Assembly (NCBI GenBank): GCA_038087875.1
Contig: CM075996.1
Coordinates: 8,930,001 to 8,994,000 of the forward strand
Source of the DNA: Malacoraja senta
Lineage: Eukaryota
DNA length: 64,000 bases
Direction of reading: 5' to 3'
The first letter of the stretch is position 1, and every line of letters starts with the position of its first letter. A program made the translations under genes and the position numbers. The notes under the pieces are model-generated. The model searched no databases and had not been told where the DNA came from. It saw only the letters and a list, made by a program, of their open reading frames with translations. Below, in pieces: positions 24,171-37,996 of the stretch.

Positions 24171-26274
24171 CTGGGAAATATAAATCAAAAAGGGCAACGT
24201 GAGTTTCAGCAGTGAATGTGTCGACTCCAGATAGGTGAGAAAGAGCACAGGGAAAGAGCTGAGTCATCCCTCGCGCCCTGCCTCAGCTTTAAGCCTGATT
24301 ACTGTAATCCTTGATTTCCTATTTATTTAGAATGGCATGGTGGCACAGCAGTTCGATCCTGACCACGGGTGCTGTCTGTATGGAGTTTGTAGGTTCTCCC
24401 CTTGACCGTGCAAGATCTTGGGTCTCCTCCCACACTCCAACGATGTACAGGTTTGTAGGTTAATTGGCTTGGTGGAAATGTTAAATTTGTCCCTAGAGTG
24501 TGTAGGGTAGCGTTAATGTGCAGGGATCACTGGTCGGCTCGGACTCAGTGGGCCGAAGGGCCTGTATCTCTAAACTGAACTATACTAAAGAAGTGTACTT
24601 CAGTCACACAAAGACAAATGGCACAGTGGCGCAACGGTAGAGTTGCTGCCTTACAGCGCTAGAAACACAGGTTCGATCATAACTACGGATGATGTCTGTA
24701 TGGAGTTTGTATGTTCTCCCTGTGACCTTGTGAGTTTTAGACAATAAGCAATAGGTGCAGGAGTAGGCCATTCAGCCCCTCGTGCCAGCACCACCATTCA
24801 ATGTGATCATGGCTGATCATCCACAATCAATGTGCCTTCTCCCCATGTCCCTTGACTCTGCTATCTTTAAGAGCTCTGTCTAGTTCTCACTTGAAAACCT
24901 CCAGAGAACCGGCCTCCACCACCCTCTGAGGCAGAGAATTCCACAGACAACTCTCTGTGAGAAAAAGTTTTTCCTCATCTCCATTCTAAATGGCTTACCC
25001 CTTATTCTTAAACTGTGGCCCCTGGTTCTGGACTCCCCCAACATCGGGAACATGTTTCCTGCCTCTAGCGTGTCCAAACCCTTAATAATCTTATATGTTT
25101 CAATAAGATACCCTCTCATCCTTCTATCCCCTCTCATCCTTTCTCCTGGTTCCGGTTTCCTCCCACATTCCAAATATGTGCGGATTTGTAGGTTAATTAG
25201 CCTCTGTAAATTGTCCCTGGGGTATCGGATAGAACTGGTGTATGGGTAATCTTTGGTCGGCACGGCCTCGGTGGGCTGAAGGGCCTGTTTCCACGCTTTG
25301 ACACTAAACTAAACAAAAGTGACTGAAAATGCTGGCATCTGGAACAAATACAACTGAAATGCTGGAAGAAATCAGAGGTTCAAGCAGCATCTGTGGAGGT
25401 AAAAGATACAGTAAGTAAGTAAGTAAGTTTATTGGCCAAGTATTCACATACAAGGAATTTGCCTTGGTGCTCCGCCCACAAGTAACAACATGAGATACAG
25501 TGACAGTATATGTCAACTTTTCAGGTTGCGACTCTGCATCGGGACTGAGAGGGAAATGAAAAGATCTCCAGCATATAGCCAAATGCAGATTAGAACACCA
25601 CCTGATATTCTGCTTGGGTAGCCTTCAACTCAATGGTATGACAATGAATTTTTCCGTTTCAGGTTCAGTGTGTGTCTCCCACACACGCTTTTTAGGTTTC
25701 CACTCCCTTTGGTCACCTTTCCTGTCCACTCCCCCTCCATCTGCCCATCCGTCCCCATTCCCTTGTACTCCCATACACACATAATCTTTCCCTTTCTCTC
25801 TCAATCCCAATGCAGGCTCTAGATCCAAACATCGTACATTTCTGTAGAGTTGAGTTTAGTTTATTGTCACGTGTACCGAGGTGCAGTGAAAAGTCTCCCT
25901 TTTGTCTCCATTGGTGTTATTGTGTTCTTCCATTGTTCTATTTTGTTGTGCAATCATTGCCTTTACTTCCTTGGAGAAAATTATTTTCTCCCCCCTCCTG
26001 TTCTCCTCCCTGCTGTACCTTTGTTTATCCGTACAGATAATAAAACAATTGCTGCCGATTTCTAAGAAAAGATGCAAAGTGCAGGAGCAACTCAGCGGAT
26101 CAGGCAGTATCTCGGGAGAACGTGAACAGGTGACATGTTGGGATGGGACTCTTCTTCAGACTGATTGGAGTAGGGGCTGAGAAAGCTGGGGACAGACACA
26201 AAATGCTGGAGTAACTCAGCGGGACAGGCAGCATCTCTGGAGAGAAGGAATGGGTGACGTTTCGGGTCGGGACG

Positions 26275-26743
26275 TGCAACTTGAGCGTCCAGGAGCGAAA
26301 AAGACTACAAAGAGTTGTGACCACTGCCCAGTCCATCACCGGCTCTGACCTCCCCACCGTCGAAGGGATCTATCAAAGTTGCTGCCTCAAAAAGGCAGCC
26401 AAAATCATCAAGGACCCATACCATCCTGGCCACACACGTATCTCACCACTGCCATCAGGTAGAAGGTACAGGAGCCTGAAGACTGTAACGTCCAGGTTCA
26501 GGAACAGCTTCTTCCCTACAGCCATCAGGCTATTAAACACAAAGAATAAGTTCTGAGCTCTGAACTGCAAAATATTATATTATTATTTGTTATTTGCACT
26601 ATATTTGTTATTTATTGAACTTTTTCTTTTTTCCCCCCATTATATACAATGTTTACATATTCAGATATTCTGTTGTGCTGCAGCAAGTAAGAATTTCATT
26701 GTCCCGTCCGGGACATATGACAATAAAACCCTCTTGACTCTTG
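26275..26743 (+). mobile_element. Rex1/Babar LINE 3' fragment
   Basis: LQRVVTTAQSITG...HPGH...LPSGRRYR...RFRNSFFPTAIRLLN with a TGACAATAAA(cttgact) tail. Confidence 0.82.
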
Positions 26744-26798
26744 AGACCCTTCTTCAGAGTTGAGGGCAGTTCAAAGCCTGTCAAGTTATAGATGGGTG

Positions 26799-27325
26799 CC
26801 AACTATAAATATGTGGATTTCAAATATGTTTGAAACATTACACCTTGAAGAAATAAGACTCCTCCTAGCAGGTAAACCAGATCACTTCCACCCGACGTGG
26901 TCTGCATTTATAGAATTATTACAAAAATAGGGTGCAAAAGTACTTAAAAAAAAAAAAATTGAGGTCAGGTAAGGGGGGATGATAGTTGAAGAGTTGGTAT
27001 GTCCCATTTACGTAATGCTCATAACAATATTTGTTTCTCTCTTTTTCCTCTTTCTCTTTCTCTTTCTTTTCTAGGGCCTATTTCTTAACTCTTTTTCTTT
27101 TGTTTTTAATTTTGCTCTTATAGGGTCTTTTTTTGTTGTCACATTTTCTACACTTTCACTTTTTCCTTCACTTTCTTCTTTCTTTCAATCTTTTCCTTTT
27201 CTAGTGTAAAAAATAAATGGAGTACATTAATTGTAAGAAGACATAAGTGACGAGTACTAATGTATGTGGTTGTAATGTAATGTACTTCTAATAAATAAAA
27301 ATAAAAAAATAAAAATTAAAAAAAA
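26799..27325 (+). mobile_element. L1 3' fragment, related subfamily
   Basis: ORF2 end, T/C-rich UTR and poly-A. TSD aagttatagatgggtg at 26783-26798 and 27326-27341. Confidence 0.85.
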
Positions 27326-28810
27326 AAGTTATAGATGGGTGATATAGTTGAGGTGGGGGGGGGGGAGAGAGAGAGGGGGGGGGGTAATTTTCAGATTACC
27401 TGATATCTGACAACAGCCAGAGATGAAAAGACAAAAGGCTACGTGGTAAGGAGGCAAGAGATGTGACATGTAAGCCAGAGGAAGGGATATAAGTGGAAGG
27501 GGAAGGGTGGGGGAGTGGGGAAGGAGAAAGGGGGATGGCTTTGTGGAAGAAATGGGTGCGCATTCAAGCAGGGCACAGAGGGGGAAAAAGCAAAGTAGAC
27601 TCGATGGGCTGAATGGCCTCCTTAGAAACATAGAAAATAGGTGCAGGAGGAGGCCATTCGGCCCTTCGAGCCAGCACCGCCATTCATTGTGATCATGGCT
27701 GATCGTCCCCAATAAATAACCTGTGCCTGCCTTCTCCCCATATCCCTTGATTCCACTAGCCCCTAGAGCTCTATCTAACTCTCTCTTAAATCCATCCAGT
27801 GATTTGGCCTCCACTGCCCTCTGTGGCAGGGAATTCCACAAATTCACAACTCTCTGGGTGAAAAAGTGTTTTCTCACCTCAGTCTTAAATGGCCTCCCCT
27901 TTATTCTAAGACTGTGGCCCCTGGTTCTGGACTCGCCCAACATTGGGAACATTTTTCCTGCATCTAGCTTGTCCAATCCTTTTATCATTTTATATGTTTC
28001 TATAAGATTGCCCCTCATCCTTCTAAACTCCAGTGAATACAAACCTAGTCTTTTCGCTCCTTATTGACAAGCCAAGCCTTCAGCTCCTTATTGACTCATG
28101 AAAAAGGCTGGGGGGTGTTTGTTGGTTAGTTGTCTAAAACATCTTATTCTTTGTAGTCACTTTGCATGTGGTGCAGTTGGTAACACTTGCAATCCATGTT
28201 TATGAACTTTAAACTTCTTAGCTCCTCTGGAACCCCCCATGATCAATGGTTCCCTTGGACCAGTCAAGTGTAACCCAGAGTTAGAGTGGCTTCAAAAGCT
28301 CATCGCTACCGGCATCTCAATACTTTGAAGCTCGCAGCTCCCGAAGTAAATCAATCCGATCAGAGTCCACAATTATATTCTGGTCCCTTGTGTTGTGTGG
28401 CACTGCAAACATTTTAAAAGGGAAATACTCAAAATAAAAATGGCAGCTCAAAACTGGATACCCGCAAGGCACCGTGGATCATCAGCAGCAGCGGAAGTGA
28501 ACACAATCTGTAACCCGTGTAAGAAAGAACTGCAGATGCTGGTATTAATCGAAGGTAGACACAAAACACTGGAGTAGACACAAAATGCTGGGTCTCCTCC
28601 ATTGTCAGAATGAGGCCCAGCACAAATTGGAGGAACAGCACCTCATATTTCGCTTGGGTAGTTTACACCCCAGTGGTATGAACATTGACTTCTCCAACTT
28701 CAGATAGCCCTTGCTTTCCCTCTCTCTCCATCCCCTCCCCAGTTCTCCCACTAGTCTTACTGTCACTGCACACATTCTATCTCTGTTCCGCCCCCTCCCC
28801 GGATATCAGT

Positions 28811-28838
28811 CTGAAGAAGGGTCTCGACCCGAAACGTC
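28811..28838 (+). ncRNA. Minimal hammerhead ribozyme motif in a Penelope terminal repeat (representative copy)
   Basis: CTGAAGA-A-GGGTC-TC-GACCC-GAAAC-GTC: CUGANGA core, stem II, GAAA and GUC triplet. Confidence 0.65.
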
Positions 28839-29064
28839 GCCCATTCCTTCTCTCCAGAGATGCTGCCTCACCCGCTGAGTTACTCCAGCATTTTGTGTCT
28901 ACAATCCATAACCTCATGGCCGGAAAACCCATGCGGTCACGGGGAGAACATACAAACTCCGTAGAGACAGCACCCATAGTCAGGATCGATCCCGGGTCTC
29001 TGGCGCTGTGAGGCAGCAACTCTACCGCTGCGCCACCGTGCCGCCCCAAAGTCATAGAGCCTTA

Positions 29065-29423
29065 AAGGCCTGTCCCACTGTACGAGGTAATTCAAGAGTT
29101 CTCCCGAGTTTTCCCCTGATTCAAACTCGGAGAATGTCCGTAGCGGGTCCGGAGGAGTTCGTGGTTGTCTCGCAGCGGCTCGTACGAGTAAAAAGTTTTT
29201 AAAAAATTCATCACGAGTATTTTTTTTACTCGTGGACATTTTTCACAGTGTTGAAAAAACATCACGAGTTTACCGGATTTCCCCCGAGTACCTACCGTTA
29301 CTCGTACGAGCCGCTACGGGATATTCACGAACTCCTACGGACCCGCTACGGACATTCTCCGAGTTCGAATCAGGGGAAAACTCGGGAGAACTCTTGAATT
29401 ACCTCGTACAGTGGGACAGGCCC
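29065..29423. mobile_element. PIF/Harbinger-type MITE
   Basis: TIR ggcctgtcccactgtacgaggtaattcaagagttctcccgag with TTA TSD. Confidence 0.85.
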
Positions 29424-30278
29424 TTACACAGCACAGCAATAGGTCTTTTCCTCCACCATTCCCTTGCTGTCAAGTACCCATCCATTCACCAGTGCCCGCT
29501 CCACAGCCCACAGGAACTTGTTTGGATATAAATGTGTGAGAGTCTTTGCCTCCCCACTCCTCAAAGCTGTGGATTCCATATTCCAAGCACCCTATGAGTG
29601 AAAACATTCCTCCTCAGATACCATCTCAACCTCCAACCCCCTACACTAAAACTATGCCCTCTAATTTTAGACACATAGACAATAGACAATAGGTGCAGGA
29701 GTAGGCCATTCGGCCCTTTGAGCCAGCAACGCCAATCAATGTGATCATGGCTGATCATCCCCCAATCAGTATCCCGTTCCTGCCTTCTCCCCATGTCCCC
29801 TGACTCCGCTATCTTTAAGAGCCTGCTGCTTTGAGGAAACGTTTCCCACTATTTACTCACTCTATGTCTCTCATAATTTATTATGTTCCAATTATGTTCC
29901 CCCTCAGGTACTTCTGCCCCAAGGAAAAAAAAACCCAGCCTGTCTAGTCTCTCCTCATATCTAAATTAGCTATCTTAGGCAACATGCTGGTGAATTCGCT
30001 TTGCTACCTCTCCTGTAAGCTTTTCCCATTGAGAGTAGGGAAGATTCAAACAAGGGGACATGACTTGAGAATTAAGGGACAGAAGTTTAGGGGGAACATT
30101 AGGGGGAACTTCTTTACTCAGAGAGTGGTAGCTGTGTGGAATGAGCTTCCAGTGGAAGTGGTGGAGGCAGGTTCGATGTTATCCTTTAAAAATAGATTGG
30201 ATGGGTATATGGACGGGAAAGGAATGGAGGGTTATGGTCTGAGTGCAGGTAGATGGGACTAGGGGGAAGTATTTATTT

Positions 30279-30309
<31 letters not shown>

Positions 30310-30914
30310 TTTAAAAAAATGTTCGGCACGGACTTGAAGGGCCGAGATGGCCTGTTTCCGTGCTGTTATGGTTATATGGTTATATGGTTACAATCTTGCC
30401 CTTCCTATAGTGTGGTGATCAAAGCTGCACACAATATTTTACCCCAGCAATGGTTCATAAAATTGTGCTATAACCTCCTTGCTTTTAGAGTCATACAGTC
30501 ATAGAGCGATACAGTGTGGAAACATGCCCTTCAGCCCAACTTACCCACACTGGCCAACATGTCCCAGCTACGTTAGTCCCACCTGCCCGCATTTGGTCCA
30601 TATCCCTCCAAACCTGCCCAACCCATGTACCTGTCGAACTGTTTCTTCAATGTTGGGATAGCCCCTGCCTCAACTACCTCCTCTAGCAGCTTGTTCCACA
30701 CCACCCTTTGTGTGAGTGTAGTTTTGAAATCGGCTTTGGTTAATTATCTTCATGTGTACTGAGCTACGGGGAAAAGCTTTCATGGCGTGCTATTCAATCA
30801 AATCATGTCATACACGAGTACAATCCAGTCATACACAACTCCAACAGGTAGATCAAAGAGAAAAATACCAGAATGCAGAATATCGTGTTACAGCGTAATA
30901 GCGTTATAGTTACG

Positions 30915-31947
30915 GAGAAACATAGAAAATAGGTGCAGGAGGAGGTCTTCGGCACCTTCGAGCCAGCACCGCCATTCAATATCATCATGGCTGATCATCC
31001 AAAATCAGTACCCCGTTCCGGCCTTTTCCCCATATCCCTTGATTCCTTTAGCCCTAAGAGCTAATTCTCACCCTCTCTTGAAAACATCCAGTGAATCGGC
31101 CTCCACTGCCTTATGTGGCAGAGAATTCCACAGATTTACAATTCTCTGGGTGAAAATGTTTGTCCTTATCTCAGTCCTAAATGCCCTACCCCTTATTCTT
31201 AAACAGTGACCCCTGGTTCTGGACTCCCCCAACATGGGGAACATTTTTCCTGCATCTAGCCTGTCCAATCACTTAAGAATTTTAAATGTTTCTATAAGAT
31301 CTCCTCTCATCCTTCTAAATTCCAGTGAATACAAGCCCAGTTGACCCATTCTTTCATCATATAACAGTCTCACCATTTCGGGAATTAACCTGGTGAACCT
31401 ACGCTGCACTCCCTCAATAGCAATAATGTCCTTCCTCAAATTAGGAGTCCAAAACTGCGCACAAAACTCCAGTTGTGGTCTCACCGGAGCCATGTACAAC
31501 TGCAGTAGGACCTCCTTGCTTCTATACTCAAATCCTCTCGCTATGAAGGCCAGCCAACATGCTGTTTGCTTTCTTCACTGCCTGCTGTACCTGCATGCTT
31601 ACTTTCAGTGACTGATGTACAAGGACGCTAAGGTCTCGTTGCACCTCCCATTTTTCAAAATCTGACACCATTCAGATAATAATCTGCCTTCCTGTTCTTG
31701 CTACCAAAGTGGATAACCTCACATTTATCCAGATTATACTGCATCTGCCATGCATCTGCCCACTCACCCAACCTGTCCAAGTCACCCTGCAGCCTCATAG
31801 CTTTCTGCCCGCAGCTCACACTGCCACCCAGCATTGCGTCATCCGCAAACTTGGAGATGCTACGTTTAATTCCCTCGTCTAAATCGTGAATATATATTGT
31901 AAATAACTGGGGTCCCAGCACCGAGCCTTGCGGCACCCCACTAGTCC
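30915..31947 (-). mobile_element. CR1 LINE 3' kilobase (RT remnant)
   Basis: PQGSVLGP, SKFADD, LEFRRMRGDLIE, FTQRIVNLWNSLP. Confidence 0.9.
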
Positions 31948-32174
31948 CTAGTCCAATGCGGTAGGTTGGAAGATCGGGATTATACCCTGGCTTATGGAAG
32001 GACTATTCAATAGTCTGATAATGTGGGGAAGAGGTTGTTCCTGAATCTGATGGTACGTTTTGTCAAACTTTTGTCTCTTCTGCCTGACGGGAGAGAGGAG
32101 AAGAGGGAATGGCCAGGGTAGAAATGGTCCTTGATTATGATGTTTAAGAAGGAACTGCAGATGCTGGAAAATCG

Positions 32175-32334
32175 AAGGTAGACAAAAATGCTGGAGAAAC
32201 TCAGCGGGTGAGGCAGCATCTATGGAGCGAAGGAAATAGGCAACGTTTCGGGTCGACCCGAAACGTTGCCTATTTCCTTCGCTCCATAGATGCTGCCTCA
32301 CCCGCTGAGTTTCTCCAGCATTTTTGTCTACCTT
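32175..32334. repeat. Perfect 160-bp spacerless palindrome of Penelope terminal sequence
   Basis: 80-bp arms centred on ggtc|gacc, checked base by base. Confidence 0.92.
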
Positions 32335-32630
32335 GATTGTGATGGATGTTTTCCCGAGGCTATTGGCCATAGTGCTAATGGCAGAATAACTAGTATTGAT
32401 ACCGCACTAACCACGATTAATACCGGCACTACAGACGTTGCAGTTATGGCCGGCATCAACACAAGTGATCATTTGTGGCACGGCAACCTGTCAGTACAAG
32501 AACCATTCAAATGTTTACATGTTAATTTACGGACCATTTTTGGTCAGATCAACACACACCATGTGTTTAAGGATCCTTCCTCCTGACTTTGTTCACTGAT
32601 TATTTTTAGCCACTTCCCAAACATACTTAC

Positions 32631-32685
32631 TCTCTGGTTGCACCTTGGTTGGAAGTTCACAGCTTCTGAACCGAGTCTCAATCAC
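32631..32685 (-). CDS. FAM227A: FAM227A exon (VIETRFRSCELPTKVQPE)
   Basis: Strong ttttctacag acceptor and gtaagt donor; 55 nt, phase 0 to 1. The other two frames contain stops. Confidence 0.75.
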
Positions 32686-33111
32686 CTGTAGAAAATCAAA
32701 GAAAATATACAACTGTTACAGGAAACTGTTGCTCATTCCAGTTTGTGACTGATCTCACGCACATTGTCACTGTGGCGCAGCGGTAGAGTTGCTGCCTCAC
32801 AGCGCCAGAGACCCGGGTTCGATCCTGACTACGGGTGCTGTCTGTACGGAGTTTCTACTTTCTCCCCGTGACCCGCTTTGGTTTTCTCCGGGATCTCCGG
32901 ATTCCTCCCACATTCCAAAGACACACAGGTTTGTAGGTTAATTAGCTTGGTATAATTGTAAATTGTCCCTAGTGTGTAGTATAGTGTTAGTGTGTGGGGA
33001 TCGATGATCGGTGGGCCGAAGAGCCTGTTTCTGTGCTGTATCTCTAAAGTAAACTAAACTAAACACTGTTTCACCTAACTAACTTCATTCTTGCTGCTTA
33101 CTGGACTGTTA

Positions 33112-33419
33112 AAGCCCTGTCCCACGGTACGAGTTCATTCCAAGTGTTCTCCTGAGTTTGCCCTGATTCGAACTCGGAGATTTACGGTAATGGCCACTCA
33201 TCGGTACTCGGGGCTTTCGTGGACATTTTCAACATGTTGAAAAATCTTCACGCGTCTTCCCATGCTTACCTGCCGTTAGCGAGTCTTCCCGAGTACGTGC
33301 CGTTAGCGTTACGAGACTCTAAGAGACATCCCCGAGCTCCGACGTACCCGCTATGTTCATTCTCCGTGCTTACCACTCGGGAGAGCTCTTGGAATGAACT
33401 CGTACCGTGGGACAGGGCT
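33112..33419. mobile_element. PIF/Harbinger-type MITE
   Basis: TIR agccctgtcccacggtacgagttcattccaag with TTA/TTG flanks. Confidence 0.82.
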
Positions 33420-34744
33420 TTGACACCCTCCAACTCAGACCATCACTGAATCATTCTTGTTTTTACCTGAAGGCATACGTTCAGCCACAAAGAGCAGTAA
33501 TTAAAATTTGCTTTGATATTGCAGCCTTAAAGTTTGTAAAATATCTCAATCTAATTCACAGGATCATCATCAAATTAAATTCAATACCAAAGAGATTCAA
33601 ATACAAGTGAACAAATGGTTAATCGGACAAGAACATTTAAGGAAAGTGTTAAAGGGGAGAAGGGAAGTAGAGAAACAGTTTAGTTTATTGTCACGTGTAC
33701 CGAGGTACAATAAAAGACTTTTAGTTGCATGCTATCCAGTCAGCGGGATACTATACATGATTACAATCAAGTGTACAGATACAGGATTAAGGGAATAACA
33801 TATAGAGCAAGATATAGTCCAGTAAAGTCCAATTAAAGATACTCCGAGGGTCTCTAATAAAATAGATAGTAGCTCAGGACCGCTTTCTAGTTGTTGGTAG
33901 GATGGTTCCGTTGCCTGATGACAGCTGGGAAGACACTCCCTGAATCTGGAGGTAAGTTATATAGTGCAAAATAAAGCAAACAAAAAGAGGTTGAGAAGCC
34001 GAAGTATAGCGCTAAAACTTTTATCGCTTAATGTCACAGGAAGTCTTTGATGTACCAGAATTTACAACTGGAGCAGCTTAGATTTCTCAGAGATGAAAGG
34101 GTCTTTGCAGGCATAAACATGAAAAGTTTTAAACCTGAGGCGTGGCTGAGCTAGAAGTCCGTGTGGTCAATCGGTGGTGCTGACAATCTATAGCAATTAT
34201 GTTGCATGAGGTGAGTGTCAGGGATATATGGAAGGTTACTGATGATACACTGGGTGACAGTGTGGACTGTGGGGGAGGATAAAGAGGCAGGGTGTGAGGG
34301 GGCAAAGACAGATGGAATATATGTAGTTTACCAGAATGCTGCCTGGATTAGAGGGATTCAGCTACTGGGAGAGGTTGGATAGACTTGGATTGTTTTCTCT
34401 GGAACGTCCGAGGTTGGGGAAGACTTGATCGAAGTATATACAAATTATGAGAGGCATAGATAGGGTAGAGATTCACAACCTTTTTCCCAGGGTGGAAATG
34501 TCCACACTAGGGCAGCACGGTGGCACAGTGGTAGAGTTGCTGCCTTACACCGCCAGAGTCCCGGGTTCGATCCTGACTACGGGTGCTGTCGGCACGGCGA
34601 TTGTACGTTCTCCCTGTGACCGGGTGGGTTTTCTCCAGGTGCTCCGGTTTCCTCCCACACTCCAAAGACTTACGTTTTTGTTGGCTAATTGGTTTCGGTA
34701 AAATTGTAAATTGTCCCCAATATGTAGGATAGCGTTAGTGTTAG

Positions 34745-35141
34745 CGTTCTCAATTGAAGGAAGGTCAGCGAGCCCCTGTCGGGCCAAAGAAACGCTTCAA
34801 GGACAACATCAAGAACAGTTTGAAGAAATTTCACATCACATCGAGCAGCTGGGAGCACATTGCACTGGACAGGCGCTCCTGGAGGAAATCCGTGCAGGAA
34901 GGAGCTGCACGTCATGAAACGGGGCTACACCGTGTCGCAGAGACAAAGCGACAACACAGTAGGGAGAGGGAGAAGGGGGCTCGACGACTACCAACCACCG
35001 CCAGTCTCCACTGCCCACCTTGCACCAAGGTGTGTGGATCGCGGATCGGCCTCTACAGACATCTGCAGACCCACAAGTAGACGACCCTATGGAGAGGAGA
35101 GGACAGTCATACTCGTTTCGAGTGACCGCCGATGAAGATGA
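34745..35141 (+). mobile_element. RTE-clade LINE 3' fragment with C2H2 finger, inserted in a SINE
   Basis: KKRFKDNIK...WEHIALDRRSWR...CPPCTKVCGSRIGLYRHLQTH; duplicated agtgttag flanks. Confidence 0.78.
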
Positions 35142-36479
35142 GTGTTAGTGTACGGGGTGATTGCTCGTCAGCATGGACTCGGTGGGCCAAAGGGCCCGTT
35201 TCTGGGCTATATTTCTAAAGTCTAAAGACTAAAGGGCATAATCATATGGTAAGTGGGGGAAAGTTGAATGGATATGTGCCAGGGAAGTTTATTACACAGA
35301 GAGTTGTTGGGGTTTGGAGCGTTGCCAGGGGTGTGGTGGGGACAGATACGATAGTGGCGTTTAAGAGGCTTTTAGATAGGCACATGGAAGTGCAGTGAAT
35401 AGAGGGATATTGGTATCACAGACATTGTGGGTCGAAGGGCCTGTTCCTGTGCTGTACTGTTCTATGTTCTATTTCGTTCACTTTAGTTTAGTTTACAGAT
35501 ACAGCATAGAAACAAGCCGTTCAGTCCGCACCAACCAACGATCACCCAGACATTATTTCTATGTGATCCCAGTTTAGCATCCTACACATTAGGGGCAATT
35601 TACAGAATCCAAGTTCACCTACGAAACTGCACGTCTTTGGAATGTAGGAGGAAACCGAAGCACCCGGAGAAAACCCATGTGGTCACAGGGAGAATGTACA
35701 AACTCTGTAAAGGCAGCACCTGAGGTCAGGATCGAACCCGGGTCTCTGGCGCTATAAGGCAGCAACTCTCCTGCTGCGCCACTGTGCCGCCCTGTTCTAT
35801 GTTCTATCATTCATTTTGGTAAAAAGAAATAAAAATGTCGAGTATTTTTGAAAAGGTGAGGGCTTGAAATATACTGATGCCCCAGGGTACTTGGGCATCT
35901 TTGTACAAACGATGGTAGATAAAAATGCTGGAGAAACTCAGCAGGTGAGGCAGCATCTATGGAGCGAAGGAATAGGTGACGTTTCGGGTCGAGACCCTTC
36001 TTCAGACTGATGTGGGGGTAGGAGGAAGAAAGGAAGAGGCGGAGACTGTGGGAGAGCTGGGGAGGGGAAAGAGGGAGAAAGCAAGGACTACCTGAAATTG
36101 GAGAAGTCAATGTTCATACCGCTGGGGTGTAAACTACCCAAGCGAAATATGAGGTGCTGCTCCTCCAATTTACGGTGGGACTCACTCTGGCCATGGAGGA
36201 GGCCCAGGACAGAAAGGTCGGATTGGGAATGGGAGGGGGAGTTGAAGTGCTGAGCCACCAGGAGATCAGGTTGGTTATGGCGAACTGAGTGAAGGTGATG
36301 GGCGAAGCGATCGCCAAGCCTACGCTTGGTCTCACCGATATAGATCAGCTGACACCTAGAGCAGCGGATGCAATAGATTTGTACAAATGATTATCATGTA
36401 GGCACAGCATCAATTAATGGTCAGGATTGATGGTCACCAGGAGCAAAGCCAAATAGGCTGCCAGTCTTTGTGGAAGAGT

Positions 36480-37990
36480 TTGACCCGAACCCTAACCCGG
36501 CCAAGACCCCTCCCAAGCCTCAATACCCTCCGCACACAACTCCCTCAACAATTCCGCCCAAACCTTGCCCATCCCGGCTGTTTCCATCATCCTTGAATCT
36601 CCTGCACCTCTATCACCCATCCACACCGCATACCTCCCACACTACCCCACACTACCACTCTTTCCCCCCACACAGGTGTGAGGGGTTATGGGGAGAAGGC
36701 AGGAGAATGGGGTTTGGAGGGAGAGATAGATCAGGCATGATTGAATGGCAGAGTAGACTTGATGGGTCGAACGGCCTCATTCTACACCTATGATGACCTT
36801 ATGACTACCACCTTTCCACCCGCACCACCACCATTTCCCCCCACACTACCTCCCTTCCCTCCCACGCACCAGACCCCCACCATCCTCTCTCCCCACACAC
36901 CACTCTTCCCCCCCACACTGCCCACAACACTACCATTTTCGTCCACACTGTAGATGAGTGTCACTCACTTCATGAGTCATGCTTCTGTAGTTATGACCAC
37001 TAGCTTTTCAGTTATCACTGCTTGCTGGATTCCATTAGTGTAAGTAGAACGTGCAAGTGTGCTATGTAGTTAATAAAGTCTTTGGATCTTTATCTTGGTG
37101 TAAGGCTTCTGTTATTGTATGGTCATCACTCAACATGGTGTCAGAAGTGGGATACACACCCACGCCTCCACTCGGAGACCATTCCACACAACCTCCCTCT
37201 CCCCCCCACCCACACACCACATCACACTGCTACCCTTTCCCCCTGCATATACGTCCCCACACTTCCACCCCATCCCCCCACACGACCATTCGTTCCCTCC
37301 ACACCGCTACCCTTCCCCCCCACACCATTCCACAGCACCACACGTTCCCCATGCACATCCCCAGACTACCACCCTAACCCCACAACGTCCCACACGACTT
37401 CCCTCCCCCCCCCCACCACACCATTCCACACAACAGTACCTGGTGTGGGGGAAAGGTGATAGTCACTTTGATCTTATAGAGGTATACAAAATCCTGAGAG
37501 GAATAGATCGGGTAGAGTCTCTTGCCCAGAGTAGGGGAATCGAGGACCAGAGGACATAGGTTCAAGGTGAAGGGGAAAAGATTCAATAGGAATCCGAGGG
37601 GTAACTTTTTCACACAATGGGTGTTGGGTGCATGAAACAAGCTGCCAGAGGAGGTAGCTGAGGCTGGGACTAGTTTGGACAGAGATGGACCAAGTGCAGG
37701 CAGGTGGGGCTAGTGTAGCTGAGACATTGTTGGCTGGTGTGGGCAAGTCTGGTCGAAGGGCTTATTTCCATACTGTATCGCTGGCTCTATGATACTCTTT
37801 CCCCTCACACCATTCCACACTACCGCCTTTCCCCTACACCACCACCCTTCCCCTCACACTACCACTCTTCCCCCCTCTCCACACAACTCTGCCTCCTCAC
37901 ACTACCCCAGTCTGTCTACCACCCTCTCCCCTTCACACTCGCCCTCCACTCCTCCTCTGCCTAACCTGATCTCCCCCAACGCCCACCTCC
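36480..37990. repeat. C/A-rich low-complexity region interrupted by CR1 fragments
   Basis: Recurrent cacaccattccacac and cccccacac units. Confidence 0.7.
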
Positions 37991-37996
37991 CCGGAG

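Noticed and set aside
28320..28402. Possible extra minus-strand FAM227A exon (PHNTRDQNIIVDSDRIDLLRELRASK)
   Set aside because: It runs into TGA, and the only nearby donor is weak and phase 2. The flanking exons already join in frame without it.
32772..32835. tRNA-like sequences with A/B boxes
   Set aside because: These are SINE heads followed by SINE core, with no complete cloverleaf.
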